From the human T2T-CHM13v2.0 reference genome, Homo sapiens, in NCBI RefSeq assembly GCF_009914755.1, contig NC_060937.1: a DNA stretch of 64,000 nucleotides. The stretch is one strand, 5' to 3'. A program made the position numbers and the translations under genes. The notes under the pieces were generated by a model, which worked only from the letters and a program-made list of their open reading frames with translations, ran no database searches and had not been told where the DNA came from. Below are positions 52,750 through 64,000 of the stretch, piece by piece. Positions within the stretch are counted from its first letter, which is position 1; each line of letters opens with the position of its first letter.

Positions 52750-54710
52750 TCCCCAGATTTATTGAGGTATGAATGACAAATAAAAATTATGTATATTAAC
52801 ATTTAGTGGTAACAACATAATGTTTTGAAATATGTATGCATTGTGAAATAATTAACATAATCAAATCAATTAACATATTCATTACCTCATATAGTGACTT
52901 TTTTTGTGTGTAGTGAGAACACTTGATATCTATTCTCTTAGCAAATTACATGTGTACAATAGATTACTAGTAATTACAGTCAGCATGCTGTTTATTGCTG
53001 CAAGTGGTAGAATTTTTTCTAAGGCTAAATAAAATTCCTCTGTGCGTGTGTGCATGTGTGTTGCATATTTTCTTTGCTCATTCATATGTTGTTGGACACT
53101 TAGGTTTTTCCCTCCCTACACTATTGTAAATAATGTTGCAACAAAAATGGAAGTGCAGAAATCTCTTTGATTTTGTGATTTTATCTCCTTTGACTATATA
53201 CTCAGAAGTCAGATTGCTGAATCCCATGATAGTTTCATTTTTTTAATTTTCGAGGAACCTTTATACATTTTCCATAATGGCCGTACCAATGTACATTCCC
53301 ACCAACAGTTTACAAGGGCTCTCTTTTTTTAACATTCTTACCAACATTTGTTATCTTTTAATTTTTGATAATAGACATCCTACAAAGTGTAAGATGGTAT
53401 TTCATTGTAATTTTGATTTGCATTTATCTGATAAGTATTGAGGTTTCACATCTGTTTGTCATTTATATGTCTTCTTTGGAAAAATATCTGTTCATGTCCT
53501 TTGACCTTTTTTTGATTGAGTCATTTCTTGTTATTGAGTTGTGTTCTTTTTACATTTTGGATATTAATTATTGGATTTACAGTTTACAAATATTTTCTCC
53601 CTTTCCATTGGTTGCCGTTTCATTTTGTTGATTGTTTCCTTTCCTGAATAGAAACTTTTTAGTTAGATGCAGTCCTACTGTTTAATTTTGCTTTTGCTGC
53701 CTGTGCTTTTAGGATCATATGCAAAAAAAAAAAAGTAATGTATTGCCCACAGTAGTGTCAAGGAGATTTTTTCCTATGTTTTATTCAAGGACTTTTATAG
53801 TTTCACATCTTATGCCTAAGTTTTAAGCCATTTTGAATTATTTTTTCTATATAATGTTAGAGAGAGTCCCAATTTTATTTTTTTAATGTGAATATCCAGT
53901 TTTCTTGTTTCTCTTTGTGTATTCTAGGTATCTTTATCAAAAATTGTTGACCATGTATTGTGGCTGTTTTTCTAAGCTCTCTATGCTATTTCATTGGTCT
54001 ATGTGTCTGTTTAAATGTCAGTACTATACTGTTTGGATTACTATAGCTTTGTAATATAGCTTGAAATTAGGGGGTGTGATTTCTCCAGGTTTGCTCTTCG
54101 TGCTCTATATTGCTTTATGTATTAGAGGTATTTTCTGATTCTATGTGGACTTTGGAATTATCTTTTCTTTCTTTCTTTTTTTTTATTTTTTAAAGACAGA
54201 ATCTTGCTCTGTCACCTAGGCTGGAGTACAGTGGCACAATCTTGGCCCACTGCAACCTCTGCCTCCCAGGTTGAAGTGATTCTCACATCTCATCCTCCTG
54301 AGTAGCTTGGATTTCAGGCCTGTGCCACCACGCCTGGCTAATTTTCGTATTTTTAGTAGAGTCGGGGTTTCGCCATGTTGGCCAGGCTGGTCTCACTCCT
54401 GACCTCAAGTGATCTGCCCTCCTCAGCCTCCCAACATGCTAAGATTACAGTTGTGAGCCACCTCACCAGGACTATTTTTTCTTTTTATGTGAAAAATGTC
54501 ATTGGAATTTCGATAGCAGCTACATTGAATCTGTAGATTACTTTGGGCAGTATAAATATTTTTAAAATATTAATTTTTCCAATCAATGAATGGGGATATC
54601 TTTCTATTTTTTTGTCTTCAACAATTTATTTTATCAACACTTTATCATTTTCAGTGTACCAATTTTTCCTCTTTAGTTAAATTCAGTCCTAATATTTCAT
54701 TATCTTTGCA
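52750..54710 (-). mobile_element. L1MA-type 3' segment (ORF2 end + 3' UTR), interrupted by an Alu
   Basis: ttttattgaggtatgaatgacaaataaaaatt...gtgagaacacttgatatctattctcttagcaaatt...ttactatagctttgtaatatag...aaaaatgtcattggaatttcgatag. Confidence 0.9.
54171..54472 (-). mobile_element. AluS (Sz/Sx-like)
   Basis: Reverse full-length Alu; TSD tatcttttcttt / tattttttcttt. Confidence 0.93.
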
Positions 54711-55520
54711 TATCTGACTCCGTAGCTTTTCATGTGCGTATCAATGGCCCCCACCACTAATTTTGCACCCATAATTGACCTTAGACCCTGCTCCAGGCCC
54801 TGGCTTTCACCACCGTTTGCTGTGCATCCGAAGCTTGCCCATGCAGCTATGTGCTACGTAGCTGAATGTATTCATATGGCTGGCCCCAAATCTTATTACT
54901 GTCTTCCCTGTTCCTCAGTCACTGTAATCAGAGGTGCTACCAGAGACTCAAAGAGCCCCTGCAGCTACTATGGACCTCCTACAGCTATGGCCACCAAATA
55001 CCATGCAGTTACCATCACTGTGGACCCTAAATGCCTGAGTTGATGAGACACTGTTCCCCCGCAAGAGCTGGAACCACCATACACCCACAACTTGACAAAA
55101 GGCATCACTAGTCCTGGTATACAGAGATCCAACATGCCTCCTTATGTCTGCAGGTGAATGTCTTTCCTTACCAAGGCCAGTCCATAAAGTCTGGAGGAGG
55201 CAACTATTTCTTCAAATGCACAGACAACTATGAAAGACTCTGAGAATCAGGAATAATCAGGGGAACATCACAAAAGGAAAACAATAAACTTCCAGTAACC
55301 AACACAAAGAATTGGAGATCCACAAATTGCCTGACAAATAATTCAAAATAATTCTTCATAAGCTCAGTCAACCGCAATAAAACACAGGCAAAAAAATTAA
55401 CAAAATCATAAAAACAATACCAAAAATAAACAAACAACAAACTCGAGAAATTTTACAAAGAGAAACATACAGGAGAACTAACCTAAGATTTTGGAGCTAA
55501 AGAACACAATGACCAATACA
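54711..55520 (+). mobile_element. Old L1 (L1M1/M2-type) 5' UTR + ORF1 start, opposite in orientation to the adjacent 3' segment
   Basis: GC-richer UTR, then caggtgaatgtctttccttaccaaggccagtccataaagtctggaggagg...aattgcctgacaaataattcaaaataa...ttttggagctaaagaacacaatg. Confidence 0.8.
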
Positions 55521-55844
55521 GGGAAATAAAAATTTGAGTTTTAAACCTTTTAGTTATACACTAGTTTAGTTAGTTATTTTAGCTTAGTTGAATTTTAAAC
55601 CTGTTTTTCTAACCATACAGTTGGATTATTTTTATAAAAGCATAAATTTATAAAAAAATAATGGTTTAGAATGAAGACAATTTGGACAAGTACAAATTTT
55701 TAACATTTTTTCTAATATGTAAACAGTTATTTGTCACACATTTATTGTAACAAATAAAATAAACCAAAATGTAAAATAAAGAACAAGCAACATGAAGCAG
55801 TTTTGTGTAGCTTTAATTCCAGGGACTCTCCTTTAAGATTTTGG

Positions 55845-56390
55845 CATACATCTTACTTGGGTTGCATCAAATTGCAGAAAACAGAAACCATTCTACTAGT
55901 TAAAGCATAAAGAATTTTTTTTTAAAGAAAAACCAAGAACATAATTTAATACTGAACTAATAGAAGGGACTTCTAAAACTACAACAGAGATTATGATCAC
56001 TAATTTTTCTTCAGCAAGTACAGTAATGATTAAGCCACAGACCCAGGAATCTGCTGTCATAGTTACTGATTCCAGAATTAAACAGCATACTCCCTGATAA
56101 GGAAAAGAGAAACCTGATCCTCAAACCATGGCCGCAGGAGACAGCTGCAGAAGTTCTACTATCAGTAACGGCAAAATGGATGCTTTGAACCTTCTCAGTT
56201 CCTCACCTCACCATAATCAGTCCTGAATCAAATTCACACAGGAGTGCATCTTATAGGAAGAATCTAAATTACACCCAGGAGCCTCACTGCGAGGAAATGT
56301 GAGAAAATAGGTTTTGCTCTCCAGCCTGTGTGGTAGAGAAAAGTGTATTAAAAGAAGGTTGGAATAGGTATCGAGCAAGTCAATGCCACA
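55845..56390 (-). mobile_element. LTR33-like ERVL LTR
   Basis: ttgcagaaaacagaaaccattctactagttaaagcataaagaattt...ggagtgcatcttataggaagaatctaaattacac...gagcaagtcaatgccaca. Confidence 0.6.
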
Positions 56391-57779
56391 TGTAGAAACT
56401 CCCTGTGGTGAGAACAAGTATATATTGATCTTTGCATGGAATTTTGTATATTAAAAAATCTCACCTTTCTAATGCATATTTCATATCTGAATTTAAAATA
56501 GTTCATGTAATTATTCCTATATATGCACTAATATTTCTAGTTTTGGGCAGTTGTTATTTGAAGAATACTGCAGTGAATACTCTCATATGTTTCTCATATA
56601 CATACATGCTTTCTTTGTTCATGGATACCTCCTCAGAGGAGGATTGCTCTATGAAAATTCACCTCTTTAGTTAAAATCAATATATCTAATTTTATTTTCA
56701 TAAGAATTGCAAAAAATACATATTTCCCTCAAAATTAAAAACAATATTTTGAGATATACAGTGAGAAGCAGAGTATTATTGCAAATTTAGTGCTACATTT
56801 AGATACTACGTGCTAGATTAGAAATTTTGGAAAGAGGTAAATGTGATCTTTTAGAAATTTAAGACTGGAAAATTTCCCAAAATGTAAACCACCTGAAATA
56901 GATGAACAGAAATGAGTGAGTGCACTGAACTTTCTTTATTCCTAGACAGGCATTATTAGTTGGAAGCAAGGCATTTCATTGTTGCTTCTGGTACCTCTTT
57001 CATTCTCTGCCAATTTGAGAAAGTTGTCAATCAAGAAGATCCCAGACGACAGCACAATTTTGAGATTATAATGCAGGGTGACAAAAAATTATCCCCATAG
57101 CTTGATCATTTTGTTATTCAAGTAGTGATGTGGCACCTATACAGGCCCATTGATTTTGATACTGGGAGAGAGACAATCAGGTAATCTTTATGAGACTGTG
57201 TGTGGTTAAGAAACACCTACATGTTAAGCTACTGTAATACATATTTCCTATTACCTCGGGAGATACCACTGGAGATTAAGGATCCAAATAATAGAAAAAA
57301 TAATAGACAGAATCAGTATCTATCATGTAGGCCTAGGTTTAAACACCTAGGTCTGCTTGATTCTAAAGCCAGAATATTTTATTTCCTTTCATTTATTTCA
57401 TTATTCATTATTTATTTTTTCTTATTTTTCTTCATCCCTTTGTTCCTTCCTTCATTCATTACCAGCACCAAGTTTTTGCTTGTAGTCTACTTTTAGTACA
57501 CTAAAAAGTGTGTTTGAGTCTCTTACAAATGAAAGAGAACTATTAAAGCGTCATCATTAATACATGTCAGAAGACAGCAGAACTGTAAACAGAGCTCAGT
57601 TGCAAAGTTGAGAATCTTACTATTACAGTCTTCTCAGATATTCGGAAGTGTGTTTACTGTAGATAGGAGGCATGCATTCTTATTGTTTAGTAGGTTACAT
57701 ACCACACAAACTCAATCTTGTGCACAATGCAAAGAAGAGAGGTATTTAGGACTTCCACCAGAAATCTGAGATTGGAGGC

Positions 57780-58135
57780 TATATTAGTCTGTTTTCACAC
57801 TGTTGATAAAGACATACCCAAGACTGAGCAATTTACAGAAGAAAGAGGTTTAAAGGACTTACAGTTCCACATGGCTGGAGAGGCCTCACAATCATTGCGG
57901 AAGGCAAGGAGGAGCAAGTCATCTTACGTGGATGGCAGCAAGCAAAGAAAGAGATCTTGTGCAGGGAACACCTCCCCGCTATAAAATCATCAGATCTCGT
58001 GAGACTTATTCACTATCATGACAATATCACGGGAAAGAACTGCCCACATGATTCAATTACCACCAACCGGGTCCCTCCCACAACCTGTGGGAATTCAAGA
58101 TGAGATTTGGGTGGGGGCGCATCCAACCCCTATCA
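57780..58135 (-). mobile_element. THE1A-like solo LTR
   Basis: tatattagtctgttttcacactgttgataaagacatacccaagactg...gggaattcaagatgagatttggg...ctatca; perfect 5-bp TSD GAGGC (57775-57779 / 58136-58140). Confidence 0.95.
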
Positions 58136-58787
58136 GAGGCATTAAACTAGTCTCCACTGTAGTCTTGTCTTTTAGGGAAAGGTCTTTGCAAGTCACATTT
58201 GTGAATTAATCAAGAATGCTAAGGCCTGACTATTCCTATCCAGGAATTTTCTTCCACTTTATTTCAATCACCCCTATCAAAATGCTTCATTATTTACACC
58301 TGATTTCAAGTGTGTTCAATCACTCTCTCTCCACAGGCTTTCCCTCTTAAACATAATTATGCTCAGGTTTTTTGCATCTTGAATTACCTAGCTGTCATTC
58401 AGGCTTTTGTTGCTGTTAGACAGTTCTCTACACATTTGAAATAAAGTCAAGGTTGAATTCAAATCACTACACTGTAAAATATACATGAGATATATCATCT
58501 TCAAAGCATTACAAATCTAAGAAGACAAAATGAAAACCGTAGGCCAAAAGTGAGTGGAGATATAAAACAAAAAAGTAAAGTCACTTTTACCCTGAAGTAT
58601 TTTACATTGTCAGGCAAATTTCTGCTCTGTATTTTACGTGGAGTACAGGGGACAGAATATGCAGCTCAGAGAGAAAGGCTCACTCAGTGTGAAAAAACTT
58701 TTCCTTGGGTTCATTGATCAAAATTAGCTAAAGGCAGTTGTTGAGCTTTGCAGCTCCTTGAGGCAATGAAAACAAAATTGGGGGTAT

Positions 58788-58915
58788 AATCCAAAATGCA
58801 GAAAATAAAAAGTGTTGACTCGCAAGAATACTTGAAAAATGGAGTCCTCATGCATTGTTAGTAGTAATGTAAAATGGTGCGGGCACTCAGTAAACCAGTC
58901 TGGCAGTTCCTCAAG
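58788..58915 (+). mobile_element. Old L1 fragment
   Basis: aaaataaaaagtgttg...cctcatgcattgttagtagtaatgtaaaatggtgc...gtctggcagttcctcaa. Confidence 0.7.
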
Positions 58916-59485
58916 TGAAACATACCAGATTTACAGGAGTGTAACTTATTACGATAACACTGTAAAAAGAATTTTGCATTATCTAGTAATCTGGAAGATA
59001 TTTATACCTCAACATATAATTAATAACAGTAGTCTACATTATATGTTCACATATGCGTTAAAGAGTTTTGCAAAATTATATACCTACACACAAGTTTTAT
59101 ATTAATGTCTATCTTTCAAGGTAAGTATTTATAGTTTTAAAAGATAAAATTTCTTCCTTTTATACATATTGAAATTGTATAATAAAAACCATTATAGGCT
59201 TTAAGAAAGGGTATTTAGCTTTTTCTGTTTGGCCTTAAGTTATGACTTAATTAAATCACTCTGGCTGCAGGATGAAGTAACCGAACCATATGAAACAGTG
59301 TGAAACAAAACAAAACAAAAATATGTTTTTTCAATATGCCTAAATGGCAGGAAATTAAATCTAAATGATGTTAGCATCATTTAGACTTTAGAAAAGACTT
59401 TGTAATAAATAACTTCCAATAAGTAATTTATTTATACATATTCTAAGTATAGATATAGCACTCTTAAGCAGTAGATACTGAAATT

Positions 59486-61068
<1,583 letters not shown>

Positions 61069-62415
61069 AAATAGTTGTCATGTACACTGAAAATGCAGTT
61101 TTAAAGCAAATTGAGGAAAAACATTAATGGGTAAACAAATATTTTGAAACTGTTTTGTAATTGTGTCATTCCCTGTAAAATTTACTAAAAAAGGAGGAGG
61201 CATCAGATTGCTTCTAAACTGACCAGCGAAATTCTGATAACTGTTGAGGCACATTTCCTGCCTGCTTTCAGTAGTTCAAGGAGCTGGATCAGTCAGAAAG
61301 CTCTGTTATTTGTTACATGATTGCTTATTAGTCCTTCTTCCTTTTCCCAAGTACAGCCAATAGATAGTTCTTCCTGGAACCTTTGATGGATATCTAGTTC
61401 AGTTAAGCTGCACGTAAGTAAGCCTCTGTGTGGAGTGAGAACTCAAGGTATTTTTTAAGGTCTGCTATTTCTCTGCTTGAAAGTCTTCTCCATAAATTCT
61501 ATTTTATGTTTACAGTTTGAACCACTTTTGACGTCCATGTTCCAATGAAAAAGCATGGTTTTGAAGTCTTAGAAGAGTTCTGCCTCTCATCCTTTTTTCT
61601 TGAGAAATCTTACATTACACAAAACAGAGACATTTAATTTGAATTGAGGATATAAGATTGAGTTATAGGAGTCTGTACTGAAAGAGTTCAGAGCAACTTA
61701 TTTTCCCCTGGATGAAAAGATGATCAAAGCAAAACAAGTGTCAAATCCTCTGAAGTCTAGTATTTCCTGGATAACCACAGAGGGACAAGAAGCTCTTATA
61801 AATAATTGGGAATAAATGTATCTAGGGAAAATCACAGACAAATATGTACATGCATATCAATTTTTTTTCTTTTTTCGACAAATATTGTACTCCATTATTT
61901 ACACATGAAAGTGTTCTAATAAGATTTAGAAGCATGATGCTCATATTATCCTTAATATATACTTTGTAATTAAATTTAAAAAGTGAAAAGTATCTCGTGA
62001 ATAGATGTATAACATTCAGAATTATAATATAAATCACCAAATGTACACAATCATTTATTATTTAGATTTTATAAGGTGTAATTTTAGTTTTTTTCTAGCC
62101 ATTTTTAGACTTACCTAAAATATTACATTTCTGTTGTCTTGGAACCATATTGTCACCCATCTAAAACTCTATATGAGAAATAGATTATTAGTATGCTAGA
62201 AGAATTTTTCTTACTTGTAAAACCTGTTCAAAAATATATATGTGGGGTGTATTTCTTAGGTATATTGCTCTAGAGAAAGTTTAGCACTACTGAAATTTAC
62301 ACATTTTTCTGCAAACGGCAGTATTATAAAATGAATAGTCTTGCTTCAATTACATTAAAGTTTTACTCTCTCTTATCTACTGATAGTTCTTCTACTTTGC
62401 AAACATTTCATTTCT

Positions 62416-62712
62416 AGCCAGGCGTGGTGGCTCACACCTGTATTCCCAGCACTTTGGAGGTCAAGGTGGGAGGATTGTTTGAAGCCAGGAGTTTGAGACC
62501 AACCTCAGCAAAAAAGTGAGACTCTGTCTCCACAAAAAGATATTTTTAAAAATAGCTGGGTGTGGTGGCATGTGCCTGTAGTCCCAGCTACTTGGGAAGC
62601 TGAAGTGGGATGATTTGAGCCCAGGAGTTTGTGGCTGAGGTGAGCACCACTGTACTCCAGCCTGGGCAACAGAGCAAGACTCTGTCTTTAAATACATAAA
62701 ATAAAAAGAAAA
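62416..62712 (+). mobile_element. AluJ
   Basis: gggaggattgtttgaagccaggagtttgagacc...tttgagcccaggagtttg; small deletions in the right arm. Confidence 0.92.
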
Positions 62713-62977
62713 TGAAAGCATTCAAATTATTTTAACTCCCATGGAACATATTTTTATGTATTACTTTCACATTGTATATTTCTGAATGAAGCCGGAAAAC
62801 TGATATGTGTGATCTACCTATGCCATGTCCAGAGTTACACTTATTAAAAATAAAAAACAAATTAAAACTTTCAAGATTGTGATTCCAAGGAAATTATTTG
62901 CTCAATTAACATTTAAATTAACTAAGTTTAAGCAAAGTAAATAATCCTTAGCACAATGATGATAATATTGGTTAAAG

Positions 62978-63300
62978 TTTTTAACAATTTTATTAAAGCA
63001 AAATTCATATATCGTATAACTAAACAATTTCAAGGGTACAATTCAATCATTTTTAAAGTAAATTTACCAAGTTCTGCAATCAAAATTCAGTTTTAATGAA
63101 TTTTCACATTGTCAGTAAAATCTCTCATGTTCATTTACTAATAATGCTCATTCGCATAATTACCTCAAGAAACCACTAATTTACTTTCTCCCATTTGCCT
63201 TTTTCAGAAATTGCATAAAGATTCATATGGTATCTAGTCTCTTTGGTATGGCTTCTTTCAACTTAACCAATAATTATTGCAACTTAAAAAATTATTTTAT
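62978..63300 (-). mobile_element. L1MB/MC-type 3' end
   Basis: tttttaacaattttattaaagc...aagggtacaattcaatcattttt...aaaccactaatttactttct. Confidence 0.7.
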
Positions 63301-64000
63301 TCCTTTCCAATTTAATTGCAAATGTAACTGGCAATGTTTGCACAGGATCTTCATAACTAAGTCTTCTTTTAATTACTATGTCATTGGGCTTATGCAAACA
63401 CAATTTCACTAAAATATTGTGAAATTATTCTCTTTATCCAAATTTGTACTTTTTGTTTTCCTTTGACACTTGTTAATCTTCTTATAGAGAAAATTTATAT
63501 TTCAGGTTTTTGAATCAAAATTAATGAAGACTAATATTTATAAATGTTTGCTAGTACACTTAATTATTGAAATCTATCTTCTAGAATGTGTCAACTTGTT
63601 TTGTGAAAAAACAAGATGTTAAAATTAATTCCAGATTCATTCAAGATATAAACAGCAAAAATGAAAAGTACTTGATTTTTAACTGATTCTTAAAATTTAT
63701 TTATCTGAGAGTTTTATTTATTTATTTATAATTTTCTATGCATATAATTATATTAGTTGTAAATAATAGGGCATACATGTAATAGAAAAATATCTCCTAT
63801 TAGGAGATATATATGTGTTTCCAATCTGTATAATTTGTATTAAGTTTTTATTTGGCTTATTTTATTGGTTATAATCTGCAGTAAAATATTGAAGATGATA
63901 GTTATAAGAATTTGTTTTTCCTGATTTGCAAAATAATAGCTTTAAATATTTCATCAATAAATATAAATATTATGAAATGAATTTTTTTGATATACATTAT

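Noticed and set aside
57329-57354. Hairpin aggcctaggt-ttaaac-acctaggtct
   Set aside because: Lies within a decayed MIR-like sequence; short and imperfect
63790-63810. Perfect palindrome atatctccta-t-taggagatat
   Set aside because: A single 10-bp-arm palindrome is roughly expected by chance in 64 kb of AT-rich DNA

Overview
Primate (human-like) nuclear DNA: AT-rich, CpG-depleted and dominated by interspersed repeats (Alu, L1, L2, MIR, MaLR/THE1/MLT1, ERVL and ERV1 LTR elements, MER30) and microsatellites. It looks like a gene desert or deep intron. I see no credible protein-coding exon, RNA gene, CpG island or CRISPR array, and the ORF track is explained by repeats and chance. The most notable object is an ~8.3 kb LTR8/HUERS-P1-like endogenous retrovirus (22190-30513) that has the structure of the viral RNA rather than a provirus: R-U5-PBS(Pro)-internal-PPT-U3-R-(A)n. 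It is flanked by an 11-bp AAAAGTGTGTG duplication at a TT/AAAA site, the signature of an L1-mobilised processed copy of an ERV. It carries a full-length THE1 element with variant LTRs and appears to sit in an older ERVL-type element. Other notable items: a probable ancient twin-primed (5'-inverted) L1, a long L2 nested in L1ME, a cluster of inverted Alus, and two small palindromic micro-rearrangements. Repeat subfamily names come from recalled consensus sequences and need RepeatMasker/Dfam confirmation; boundaries of old elements are approximate.
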